From assembly GCA_028712565.1 (NCBI GenBank), contig JAQTPW010000001.1, positions 77,114 through 141,113 on the forward strand: a DNA stretch of 64,000 bases, in the 5' to 3' direction. This stretch comes from Minisyncoccota bacterium. GTDB taxonomy: Bacteria > Patescibacteriota > Minisyncoccia > Minisyncoccales > JAQTPW01. The position numbers and the translations under genes are program-made. The notes beneath the pieces were generated by a model, which saw only the letters and a list, made by a program, of their open reading frames with translations, had not been told where the DNA came from and made no database searches. Numbering within the stretch: the first letter of the stretch is position 1; each line of letters starts with the position of its first letter. Below, piece after piece: positions 1 to 9,182 of this stretch.

Positions 1-1137
1 TCTGCTTTTTATGGCGGATTTTTATTTGGAAAAGGAAAAGTAATTTGTCAGGTTTGTAAGCCTGAAGAAGTTAATTTTTCTTTATTCTGGGAAGCATGGG
101 ATAAGATTCAGGAAAATTTCGTAGACAAAACAAAATTAGACACGCAAAAAATGATTTACGGAGCAATTTCAGGCATGGTGAATTCTTTGGAGGACCCTTA
201 TACTGTCTTTTTTTCGCCGGAAGAATCAAAAATATTTCAAGAAGATGTAAGCGGATCTTTTGAGGGTTTGGGCATGGAGGTAGGGATTAAAGACGGCCAG
301 CTCCAAGTTTTGTCGCCCTTGGAAGGCTCTCCAGCCAAAGCAGCTGGTTTGCGGGCAGGCGACAAAATTATGCAAATTGGAGAAATAATTACTGCCGATT
401 TGACAATTGATGAAGCAGTAAGTTTGATGCGGGGGCCAAAAGGAACGCAGGTTACTTTGACAATTTTAAGAGACAAGTGGGATGCGCCAAAAGAAATTAC
501 TTTAACTCGGGCTGTGATTATTGTTCCGACTTTGAAGCTAGAATTTTTGGAAAATAATTCTATAGCTTATGTGACTATTTATCAGTTTTCGGAAAACGCC
601 GACTCTGAGTTTTATAATGTGGCGCTTCGCATTCTGGACAGTTCGGCGGAAAAAATAATTCTAGACCTTAGAGACAATCCCGGAGGATCTTTAGCCGCAG
701 TTGAAAATATCGCCGGGTGGTTTTTGGAAAAAGGCGAAATTATTGTTATTGAGGATTCTGGCGGAAATGCCGAAAAACTTTATGACAAATCTTATGGCCC
801 CTCATCTTTTGCCACTTATCCCACGGTTGTCCTGATAAATGGGGGATCGGCCTCTGCCTCTGAAATTTTGGCGGGAGCATTGCGAGATGATAGAAACATA
901 AAACTAATCGGAGAAAAATCTTTTGGCAAAGGATTAGTCCAGCAAGTAGTAGAACTGACTCAGGAAAAAGGCGCTTCTCTTAAAATAACAATTGCAAAAT
1001 GGCTGACTCCAAATGGCGAACTTATTAACGATATCGGATTGGTTCCCGACATTGAAGTCAAAAATACCGACGAAGACATTGAGGCCGGAAGAGACCCGCA
1101 GCTAGATAAGGCAATTGAAATTATCAAAGGAATATAG
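1..1137 (+). CDS. ctpA: S41 family C-terminal processing peptidase with PDZ domain (5' partial)
   Basis: DPYT, GLGM PDZ loop, DLRDNPGG, SASASEI and GKGLVQ motifs; frame is open from position 1. Confidence 0.93.
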   Translation, partial: SAFYGGFLFGKGKVICQVCKPEEVNFSLFWEAWDKIQENFVDKTKLDTQKMIYGAISGMVNSLEDPYTVFFSPEESKIFQEDVSGSFEGLGMEVGIKDGQLQVLSPLEGSPAKAAGLRAGDKIMQIGEIITADLTIDEAVSLMRGPKGTQVTLTILRDKWDAPKEITLTRAVIIVPTLKLEFLENNSIAYVTIYQFSENADSEFYNVALRILDSSAEKIILDLRDNPGGSLAAVENIAGWFLEKGEIIVIEDSGGNAEKLYDKSYGPSSFATYPTVVLINGGSASASEILAGALRDDRNIKLIGEKSFGKGLVQQVVELTQEKGASLKITIAKWLTPNGELINDIGLVPDIEVKNTDEDIEAGRDPQLDKAIEIIKGI

Positions 1138-1151
1138 TATAATTCTCTAAT

Positions 1152-1604
1152 ATGAAGGTAATCTTTTTAAAAGATGTAGAGAAGCTTGGCAAGAAATATG
1201 AGGTGAAGGAAATAAAGAATGGTTATGCCAGAAATTTTTTGATTCCTAAAGGTTTGGCAAAGCCAGCCACTACAGAGCTTTTGGCGTGGGCGCAGACCCA
1301 AAAAGAGATATTAGAAAAAGAATCAGAGGAAGAATTGAAGAAAATCCAAGATATTGCTTCAGCTATTGATGGCCAAGAGGTGGTCGTTCCGGTTAAAGTT
1401 GGAGAAGAAGAACAGCTTTTTGAATCAGTGAATCCCCAGAAAATCTGCGAAAAACTAAAAGAAATGGGTTTTGAGGTAAAAAAGAGCCAGATAGAATTAA
1501 AAGAGCCGATCAAGGAGCTTGGAGAATATCCAGTAAAAATTAAATTTGAACACAATTTAGAATCCGAAATAACTGTAATTGTAACCAAAGGAGAAGAAAA
1601 GTAA
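1152..1604 (+). CDS. rplI: 50S ribosomal protein L9
   Basis: [22 protein letters not shown] signature. Confidence 0.97.
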   Translation: MKVIFLKDVEKLGKKYEVKEIKNGYARNFLIPKGLAKPATTELLAWAQTQKEILEKESEEELKKIQDIASAIDGQEVVVPVKVGEEEQLFESVNPQKICEKLKEMGFEVKKSQIELKEPIKELGEYPVKIKFEHNLESEITVIVTKGEEK

Positions 1605-1608
1605 TATG

Positions 1609-1746
1609 CCCCGTTAGAAGTCGGCTCATTGTGTGATAGCGATTTTTATTGGGGCAAAATTTATTTTTTTATTTTTAAAGTAATTGTCCTGAGAATTGCG
1701 AAAAAATTTTAATTTAAAATTTTTTCGCAAAGGACTTCTAACTGGG
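1609..1746. mobile_element. MITE-like element (138 bp) at the pyrG start codon
   Basis: Ends CCCCGTTAGAAGTC (1609-1622) and GACTTCTAACTGGG (1733-1746) are 13/14 inverted. Flanking direct repeat TATG at 1605-1608 and 1747-1750. Internal perfect 15-bp hairpin at 1696-1730. Confidence 0.75.
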
Positions 1747-1747
1747 T

Positions 1748-3397
1748 ATGCCAAAATATATTTTTGTAGCCGGCGGGGTTATGTCTGGTATTGGAAAGGG
1801 AGTGACTACTGCTTCTATCGGAAAAATTCTGCAGTCAAAGGGGTTTGGAGTAACAGCAATAAAAATTGATCCTTATATAAATGTTGACGCCGGAACCATG
1901 AACCCAGTTGAGCATGGAGAGGTTTTTGTGACCGATGACGGAACTGAATGCGATCAAGATATCGGAAATTATGAGAGATTTTTAAACGAGGATCTCTCAA
2001 CTGACAATTATATGACCACCGGAAGGGTTTATGATGCGGTTATCCGTCGCGAAAGAAATTTAGAATACGGCGGAAAATGCGTAGAGGTTGTTCCGCATAT
2101 TCCAAACGAAGTGATTGATAGAATCCAAAAGGCGGCAAAAAAAACAAAAGCAGATTTCGTTTTAATTGAAATTGGCGGAACAGTGGGGGAGTACCAGAAT
2201 CTTTTATTTTTGGAAGCCGCCAGAATGCTAAAACTTCAACATCCAAAGGATGTTCTTTTTGTTTTAGTAAGCTATCTGCCGGTTCCAAAAATGATAGGCG
2301 AGATGAAAACAAAGCCAACCCAATATGCGGTAAGGACTTTGAACTCTTCGGGAATTCAGCCAGATATAATTGTGGCAAGGTCTGAAGTTCCCATTGACCA
2401 GCCGAGAAAGCGCAAAATTTCCATATTCTGCAATATTCAGGAAAAAGACGTGATTTCCGCCCCTGACATAGAATCAATTTATGAAATCCCGATTAATTTC
2501 GAAAAAGATAAAATCGGAACATTGATTTTGCAAAAATTCGGCATTGGGGCAAAAAAAGAAAATCTCAAAGATTGGGCAAATTTGGTAAAAACAATTAAAA
2601 CTGCCAGAAAAAAAGTAAAAATCGGCATTGTTGGAAAATATTTTGAAACAGGGGACTTTACCCTGTCTGATTCCTATATTTCAGTAATTGAGGCGGTAAA
2701 GCACGCGGCATTTTTTCATAAATTAAAACCGGAATTAACTTGGCTGTCTTCCGAGGTATATGAAAAAAATCCGGGAAAATTAAAAGAGTTGAAAAATTTT
2801 GACGGAATTATAGTTCCGGGCGGCTTTGGATCTCGAGGAGTGGAAGGAAAAATAAAAACTATTGAGTATTGCCGAAAAAATAAAATTCCTTATTTTGGCC
2901 TTTGTTTTGGGCTGCAGTTAGCCGTTGTTGAGTTTGCCAGAAATGTTTGCGGAATGAAAGATGCCAATACCACAGAAATTGTAAAACATTCAAAATATCC
3001 TGTAATTGATGTGATGCCCGAGCAAAAAGCTTTGATTGCGGAAAAGAGGTATGGAGCCACAATGCGGCTTGGAACCTACCCTTGTCAGGTGAAAAAAGGG
3101 ACGATTGCATATTCGTCGTATTCAAAAGCCAAATGGGGCAAAGAAAATAAAAAAGGAGATATTTTAATCCAGGAAAGGCATCGGCACAGATACGAATTAA
3201 ACAATGAATTTAAAAGCAATTTGGAGGAAAAGGGGCTGATAATGTCGGGCATAAATCCTGAAAGGGATCTGGTTGAAATAATTGAAATTAAAAATCACCC
3301 ATTTTTTGTGGGAACGCAATTCCATCCTGAATTAAAATCCAGGCCTTTAAACCCCCATCCTTTATTCAGAGAATTTATCAGGGCTTGCATAAGATAA
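1748..3397 (+). CDS. pyrG: CTP synthase
   Basis: GGVMSGIGKG, KIDPYIN, GLCFGLQ and TQFHPE motifs. Confidence 0.98.
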   Translation: MPKYIFVAGGVMSGIGKGVTTASIGKILQSKGFGVTAIKIDPYINVDAGTMNPVEHGEVFVTDDGTECDQDIGNYERFLNEDLSTDNYMTTGRVYDAVIRRERNLEYGGKCVEVVPHIPNEVIDRIQKAAKKTKADFVLIEIGGTVGEYQNLLFLEAARMLKLQHPKDVLFVLVSYLPVPKMIGEMKTKPTQYAVRTLNSSGIQPDIIVARSEVPIDQPRKRKISIFCNIQEKDVISAPDIESIYEIPINFEKDKIGTLILQKFGIGAKKENLKDWANLVKTIKTARKKVKIGIVGKYFETGDFTLSDSYISVIEAVKHAAFFHKLKPELTWLSSEVYEKNPGKLKELKNFDGIIVPGGFGSRGVEGKIKTIEYCRKNKIPYFGLCFGLQLAVVEFARNVCGMKDANTTEIVKHSKYPVIDVMPEQKALIAEKRYGATMRLGTYPCQVKKGTIAYSSYSKAKWGKENKKGDILIQERHRHRYELNNEFKSNLEEKGLIMSGINPERDLVEIIEIKNHPFFVGTQFHPELKSRPLNPHPLFREFIRACIR

Positions 3398-3411
3398 AAT
3401 TTTAAAACAAA

Positions 3412-3429
3412 AGCTGGCTTTCGCCAGCT
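3412..3429. terminator. Hairpin between convergent pyrG and rpmA
   Basis: AGCTGGC-TTTC-GCCAGCT stem-loop with A/T-rich flanks. Confidence 0.6.
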
Positions 3430-3458
3430 AATTTGTTGAGATTAAATTTTTGGAAATA

Positions 3459-3734
3459 TTACGGTTTCAAATTCACTATTTTGGCTACCTTTTTAGACCG
3501 GTCAAAATGAGTTATTCTTTTTGTAATAAAGTGGACAGTCCCAGCTTTTTTCGCGTACAAAGTATTATCATTTCCCATTGCCACATTTTCTCCAGCAATG
3601 AATCTTGTTCCTCTTTGACGAACTAAAATCTGGCCAGGTTTGGCTTTCTGGCCGTCAAAAAGTTTGATTCCAAGGTATTTAGGCAGAGAATCCCTGCCCA
3701 ACCCCGTTACTCCGCTAGCTTTAGTTTTTGCCAT
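3459..3734 (-). CDS. rpmA: 50S ribosomal protein L27
   Basis: GRDS..KYLGIK, ILVRQRGT and DNTLYA motifs. Confidence 0.96.
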   Translation of the reverse strand: MAKTKASGVTGLGRDSLPKYLGIKLFDGQKAKPGQILVRQRGTRFIAGENVAMGNDNTLYAKKAGTVHFITKRITHFDRSKKVAKIVNLKP

Positions 3735-3760
3735 AAATTTTATATTAATTCAATAAAATT

Positions 3761-4000
3761 ATGCTATCAAATTTAAAGCAATTTGTCAAAGATCACCAAA
3801 ACGACATTATTCTGCTCCTTGGCGTCATTTTGATTTCCTTGCTTTCTTTCGCTATGGGCTATATTTTCGCAAAACAACAAGCAAAAGAGCAAATAAAATT
3901 TGAATATAATTCGAATCCGCAAAAAAATAATCCGAATATTATCCGAATCGCATCCGAATGCCCCGAATATCGTATTTGTAGATTCGAATTTTATTCGTAG
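3761..4000 (+). CDS. Small single-TM membrane protein; C-terminal tail is translated from a repeat array
   Basis: Hydrophobic segment IILLLGVILISLLSFAMGYIF; the last ~30 codons overlap the 3910-4008 array. Confidence 0.7.
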   Translation: MLSNLKQFVKDHQNDIILLLGVILISLLSFAMGYIFAKQQAKEQIKFEYNSNPQKNNPNIIRIASECPEYRICRFEFYS

Positions 4001-4008
4001 ATTCGTAT
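3910..4008. repeat. Inverted pair of short tandem arrays (ATCCGAAT-type then ATTCGWAK-type), no cargo gene
   Basis: ATCCGAAT at 3930, 3941, 3952 and CCCCGAAT at 3961; ATTCGAAT 3982, ATTCGTAG 3993, ATTCGTAT 4001. Confidence 0.7.
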
Positions 4009-4014
4009 TGTATT

Positions 4015-4938
4015 ATGAAAGTAGCAATTATTGGAGCTGGGATTTGTGGCTTATATTTAGCAAAGCATCTTTCTGAAAAAGGAAATGAAGTTTTTGTTTT
4101 TGAAAGAAGAAAGGAAATCGGAAAAGAATCATGTTCTGGCCTATTTTCAGAAAGAATTTTGGAATTTATTCCAGAAAGCAAAAATTTGATCCAAAATAAA
4201 ATAGATTTTGTTCTTATTCATTTTCCCAAGAAAACTTTAACGGTTAAATTTTCCAAAAAATTTTTTGTAATGAACCATTCTTCTTTAGATAAATTGGCGG
4301 CAGAGTTGGCGCAAAAGGCAGGAGCTAAAATTATGCTGGGGCAGCAGATTGAGTCCTCGGTTATAAATTTTGATAAGATTTTGGGCTGCGATGGGGCATT
4401 ATCCCATGTTAGGCGAATTTTAAAATTAAAAGACCCGGATTTTAGATTGGGAATCCAAGGATTTTCAGCCGAAGAAGATTTTTCAAATTTTGTAGAAACC
4501 TGGGCGACAAAATCCGGATTTATCTGGAAAATTCCACGAGGAAGGGAAACAGAATACGGGATAATTGAAGCGCCAAAAGAAGCGAAAAATATTTTTGATA
4601 ATTTTTTAAAAAGTAAAAATTTAAATTTAAAAAGGATGAATTCTGCGATTATTCCGCAGGGCTTAATGATACCCAAAAATAAAAAAATCACATTATGCGG
4701 AGATAGCGCAGGCCTCACAAAACCATGGTCGGGCGGGGGAGTTGTGTGGGGAATAATTTTGGCAAATCTGCTCTTGAAAAATTTCCCGAATTTCTTAAAA
4801 TATCAGGAAGAGGCAAAGAATTTCTTTTTGCCGAAAATATTTTTTTCAAAATTTTCGGCAAAAACACTTTATTTTTTAGGATTTAATTTTCCTTGGATTT
4901 TGCCAAAAAAATATAAAATTGATGGAGATTTCATTTAA
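4015..4938 (+). CDS. Geranylgeranyl reductase-like FAD-dependent oxidoreductase
   Basis: GAGICG Rossmann motif, CSG, GCDG, WKIP and GDSAGLTKPWSGGGV match the GGR family. Confidence 0.8.
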   Translation: MKVAIIGAGICGLYLAKHLSEKGNEVFVFERRKEIGKESCSGLFSERILEFIPESKNLIQNKIDFVLIHFPKKTLTVKFSKKFFVMNHSSLDKLAAELAQKAGAKIMLGQQIESSVINFDKILGCDGALSHVRRILKLKDPDFRLGIQGFSAEEDFSNFVETWATKSGFIWKIPRGRETEYGIIEAPKEAKNIFDNFLKSKNLNLKRMNSAIIPQGLMIPKNKKITLCGDSAGLTKPWSGGGVVWGIILANLLLKNFPNFLKYQEEAKNFFLPKIFFSKFSAKTLYFLGFNFPWILPKKYKIDGDFI

Positions 4939-4940
4939 AT

Positions 4941-5624
4941 ATGCCAAGTAAAAAAAATTTAAATCATTTGGGAATAATACTGGATGGGAATAGGAGGTGG
5001 GCGCGGGAAAAAGGAATGCCAAAATTTGTTGGCCACAAAATTGGCTTGGAAAAGATAAAAGATGTTGCTAATTGGTGCAACGAAAGAAAAATAAAAATTT
5101 TAACCTTATTTGTTTTTTCAACCGAAAACTGGAACAGGGAAAAGCAGGAAATCAATTATTTAATGAGATTGATCCAAAAAGCAATAGCTGATAACTTGGA
5201 GGAATTGCATAAAAAAGGCATTCGGATAAGGGTAATTGGCCAGAAAGACCGGCTTCCGAAATTTGTCCAAGAATCAATAAAAAAAGCTGAGGATCTGACG
5301 GAAAAGAATCTAGGAATGGTGCTGAATTTCGCCCTAAGCTACGGCGGCCGGGCCGAAATTGTCAGCGCTATTAAAAATATTGTTGAAAAGAAAATTCCTT
5401 TGGATAAAATAAACGAGGAAACAATAAAAGAAAATCTCTGGACTTCGGATGTTGATTTGGTTATCAGAACGGGGAAAGAAATGAGGATTTCCAATTTTTT
5501 GATCTGGCAAGCGGCGTATTCTGAGCTTTATTTCTTGCCAAAATACTGGCCGGATTTTTCAGAAAAAGATTTGGATAATGCGATTTCAGAATACAACTTG
5601 CGCCAAAGAAGATTCGGAAAATAA
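4941..5624 (+). CDS. uppS: Undecaprenyl/polyprenyl diphosphate synthase
   Basis: ILDGNRRWA, FSTENWNR, YGGRAEI and IRTG..RISNFLIWQ motifs. Confidence 0.97.
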   Translation: MPSKKNLNHLGIILDGNRRWAREKGMPKFVGHKIGLEKIKDVANWCNERKIKILTLFVFSTENWNREKQEINYLMRLIQKAIADNLEELHKKGIRIRVIGQKDRLPKFVQESIKKAEDLTEKNLGMVLNFALSYGGRAEIVSAIKNIVEKKIPLDKINEETIKENLWTSDVDLVIRTGKEMRISNFLIWQAAYSELYFLPKYWPDFSEKDLDNAISEYNLRQRRFGK

Positions 5625-5631
5625 GTTCGCA

Positions 5632-5670
5632 AAAACCCCCGCCCTTCGAAAATCTCAGGGCGGGGGTTTT
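5632..5670. terminator. Bidirectional intrinsic terminator
   Basis: AAAACCCCCGCCCT...AGGGCGGGGGTTTT between convergent genes. Confidence 0.8.
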
Positions 5671-5688
5671 GTATATATTTGAGTTCCT

Positions 5689-8595
5689 TTACCAGTTAAA
5701 GGGAGTAATTTCTCTCCACCAAGGATAAGGTCTTTTTACATTAATTTCTTTGGTTAATACGCATGAGTATCCTGAAGAATCGGATGCCTCTAGTTTAATT
5801 TCTTGATCTTCTCCGATTGGAAATTTAACCGTAATTGTGCAATCAGAATTTTTGTTCCCGGTAACCATATTTGTTCCATTGGGCAAAGTCCACTTGCAAT
5901 TTTCAATACTGTATCCGGGGGCGGCTTCAGAAGTGCTTCTTAAGGTGACTGGCGCATTCTCAACTATTCTTGTGCTTTCACAATCATTATCATCGCAGAG
6001 GAAATCCACAAATGGCGATGGATGGGATTGGGTTGAAATGGTGACTGATGGAGTTGACCAATTAGACCAAAGGCCGCCATAAGATATTCCAAACTCGTCA
6101 ACAACATCGTCTTTTACACGGACTCTCCAATAATAAGTTTGATTGTAGCCAATTTTTGGATTATTGCAGTCATTATCCGGCAAAGTGGAAACTTTTAAGG
6201 CCGAAGTTCCTTCTCCATTCGGCAGAACAAGTTCGTCATGCGTGCAGTCAATATCAATAGATGCAAAACTTGGGTCAGTGGAAACTTGGAATTGGTATTG
6301 CGTTTGATTATTGCCATCATCATCTTTATAAGTCCAGCCCAAATTAATTTGGCCTTGCCATGCAATTGGAAGACAGTATTTTTCGGCAGTTATTCCCGGA
6401 GCGCTGACTTTCGGTCGCTTATCAACAAAAATTCGCTTTCCGGCAGGTACCGATTCATTTCCAGCCAAATCTATGCAATGTGCATATGCGTAATGATTTC
6501 CCGCATCCATAAATGCATAAGCGATTTTCGCCACACCTTTTTTATTATCCGCGGGGTCGGAGAAGCTAATAGCCATTTCGCCATTAAAAGAATAATTTGT
6601 TGGTGAATCTTCGGCAGAAATTTGAAAATCACAAGAATGTTCTCCAAATCCAGATCCGGTTCCGGAAGTTAAATTTAAGTCAGAAATATCAGAAGAAAAT
6701 ACTTCGCTTTCACCACGTGGAGCAACAAAAGGGACAATACGAGTTACTGTGGGCGCAGTCCAGTCAATACTAAAACTTCTGCAGGCGTTTGGGGTCAAAG
6801 GATCAGAACAATCTGTGCTTACATTATTCCGCAGGTCAGTTGCCCGGACCGAGATTTTGCATTTATTATTTCCTTGGGAATGGCAACTTTTAGCAGCTCC
6901 AACTAAAATATTTTTATTTATTACAAAATTAGTTCCGTTGCAAGGTATATTAGTCCAAGAATCTACAGGCGGAGTAATTACAGCCCCAGAATCGTCAAAG
7001 CTTTGAACCAGATATTCACATTTTAGCAATCCGCCGTTATCAGTAAATTTAAATCCAGCGCTAAGACTTGGTGATTTTTGCCAGGAGCCAGCAGCCGGGG
7101 AAATAATTTCAGCTTTTGGTATTTCCGTATCCTCACCTATATTAAATTTTCTTGAAGCCGTTGGTCCTTGATTTCCGGCGCAATCTACAGACCACACTCT
7201 TATTTCGCAAGTTAATGCTTCGCCATTTGCGAAAACAGTTCTAGTGCAGTCTTTGGAAATATCGCCAGTTTCTCCGGTAGTAATCGCAAAATTAGAAGAA
7301 TTGCCGCTTTTCCCCCAAGGCCTTGTCAATTTATTATCACAGCCGCGTACACAACTTCCATGATCCAAAATTTTATAGTATGCGGTTCCTTGGCCGGAAG
7401 GAGGAGTTGGAGGCGGAGAATCATTATCAAGGATGTGGGCTGTAAAACTGGAATTAACCGGTATATATGCGCCTTCAGGAGGCGTATCGCCTTCAAAAAT
7501 TGAATCGGGTCCCTTTGTATCAAGGGTGGCATTATTGGGAGTTATAGTTTTCGAAAATGTTTCTGTATTCCCAGCCACATCTGTGCAGGTAATATATACT
7601 TTAGTTCCTACAGCGCAAAACGTATAAGATGTATAAATGGTGCGGTTCATTTTAGTGCCGCCAGCCTCTGTGTCTGCAGGCGCTTCGTATTCATATGAAC
7701 CATCATTATTCGTATCAATGTAGAAAAGGCAACTTTGTATTTCCATATTATCGGTGACGTCAGCGCGCAACAATGTCGGAGTATAAAAGAGAGCTGAGGT
7801 AGGCCGAAGGTTTGCAATAACAGGTTTTTCCCAATCAACAGCTATTTTCCACTCTGCAGTAGTGTAAGTATTTCCAGCTCTGTCTTTTGTAATACCTTTA
7901 ATTTTACACATATCAGCTCCTTGCTCGTGGCAATTTTTTCCAATACCTACTGTGACAGGCTGGTCTCTATCGGTTTCAAAAGCGCCCGAGCAAGCTGCGC
8001 CGGAAATAATAACTTCAGGATCACTTCCGCTGGTAACAGAATAGTCGCAGGAGCTTAATTTCGAAACTTTACTCGAAGTCAAGCCGCCGGGATTATCCGA
8101 ATATTTAATATGAACCGTAAAATCATTCTTTGCCCAGCGTTTTCCGACGCCATCCAAAGGAAGAACAGGATTCGTGCTCCCCGGGATCACAGCAGATACA
8201 TACCAGTCAGTATTATAAACTCTCGTATGGTTTGCGCTGGGAATTCCATCAGCATTTTTTGAGTAGACAATGACGGTGCAGGTATTTACGCCATTAGACG
8301 GGCAATTGTTCTTAACGACTTCAAAAGACCAATCACTATTACAAATTCGCGAAGCATTGGCTACGGTAAAACCGCCGCCATGCGATATTTTATAAAAACA
8401 TGTGCAAGGTGCAACATCGCATGTATCTTTGACATCAAACCAATTTCCATTCTCTTTGTTAGATAGCCAAGAGCCCGCAGCCGGATCCATTATTCTGGAA
8501 ATTGGTGCAGCCTCTGCGTTTGAAAGAATGACAAAGCTGAAAAATAAAAAGAAGGCGAAAAATAAAACTATTTTAAAGGAGAAATTTTTTTTCAT
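5689..8595 (-). CDS. Large secreted Cys-rich protein with tandem Ig/FN3/PKD-like domains
   Basis: Signal peptide; repeated DxAGN and P.AGSW Ig-like motifs; YYWRVRVKD FN3-like motif; ends PWWREITPFNW. Confidence 0.75.
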   Translation of the reverse strand: MKKNFSFKIVLFFAFFLFFSFVILSNAEAAPISRIMDPAAGSWLSNKENGNWFDVKDTCDVAPCTCFYKISHGGGFTVANASRICNSDWSFEVVKNNCPSNGVNTCTVIVYSKNADGIPSANHTRVYNTDWYVSAVIPGSTNPVLPLDGVGKRWAKNDFTVHIKYSDNPGGLTSSKVSKLSSCDYSVTSGSDPEVIISGAACSGAFETDRDQPVTVGIGKNCHEQGADMCKIKGITKDRAGNTYTTAEWKIAVDWEKPVIANLRPTSALFYTPTLLRADVTDNMEIQSCLFYIDTNNDGSYEYEAPADTEAGGTKMNRTIYTSYTFCAVGTKVYITCTDVAGNTETFSKTITPNNATLDTKGPDSIFEGDTPPEGAYIPVNSSFTAHILDNDSPPPTPPSGQGTAYYKILDHGSCVRGCDNKLTRPWGKSGNSSNFAITTGETGDISKDCTRTVFANGEALTCEIRVWSVDCAGNQGPTASRKFNIGEDTEIPKAEIISPAAGSWQKSPSLSAGFKFTDNGGLLKCEYLVQSFDDSGAVITPPVDSWTNIPCNGTNFVINKNILVGAAKSCHSQGNNKCKISVRATDLRNNVSTDCSDPLTPNACRSFSIDWTAPTVTRIVPFVAPRGESEVFSSDISDLNLTSGTGSGFGEHSCDFQISAEDSPTNYSFNGEMAISFSDPADNKKGVAKIAYAFMDAGNHYAYAHCIDLAGNESVPAGKRIFVDKRPKVSAPGITAEKYCLPIAWQGQINLGWTYKDDDGNNQTQYQFQVSTDPSFASIDIDCTHDELVLPNGEGTSALKVSTLPDNDCNNPKIGYNQTYYWRVRVKDDVVDEFGISYGGLWSNWSTPSVTISTQSHPSPFVDFLCDDNDCESTRIVENAPVTLRSTSEAAPGYSIENCKWTLPNGTNMVTGNKNSDCTITVKFPIGEDQEIKLEASDSSGYSCVLTKEINVKRPYPWWREITPFNW

Positions 8596-8596
8596 T

Positions 8597-9037
8597 TTAT
8601 TGGGGCATCACCTCTATTGAAGTGACGCTGTTAATTTTTGTTTTATTGGCAATATTTTCTGAACTGGTAAGAAAAACCTGCTGGCCTTCTTTTAGTTCAG
8701 AAATTGTTATTGTCGTTTCTGTAGGAGTAAAAGTGATTTCTTGCGGAGGATTATTAATATCAAAAGGAAATTCTATCTTTGTAATTTTTGTTGCGGCGCT
8801 AATTACCGCAGTTACGGGTTTTGCATTTTCTTCAATAGGATTAATAACTATTGTATACTTTCTGGCATCAACCTTTGAAACAAAACCATTTAATTCAAAT
8901 ATTTTTTCGGTAGTTTCTGTAAAATTGGCTGGCTCGGCTGGATTGAATTTATAATAATACATAAAATAAGCTCCTGCCGCCAAAGCCGCGAAAAATAAGA
9001 TTAAAATGAGGAAAAAAATAGGTTTTGATTTTTTCAT
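8597..9037 (-). CDS. Membrane-anchored beta-rich (OB-fold/DUF5666-like) protein
   Basis: N-terminal TM, then G.V..VD, TKI and ISELKEGQQV pattern. Confidence 0.55.
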   Translation of the reverse strand: MKKSKPIFFLILILFFAALAAGAYFMYYYKFNPAEPANFTETTEKIFELNGFVSKVDARKYTIVINPIEENAKPVTAVISAATKITKIEFPFDINNPPQEITFTPTETTITISELKEGQQVFLTSSENIANKTKINSVTSIEVMPQ

Positions 9038-9182
9038 AGTTGTTTTTTTATTTTACCACAAAACTACTTGTCAAGGAACAACTTGCAAAATAAGAAAAGG
9101 GGTTATATATTAGAGTAAGATAATAAAATATTTTTCATATTTTTGCCCTTTAAAATAAGCAACAGTTAGAAGGAGGTGCGTA

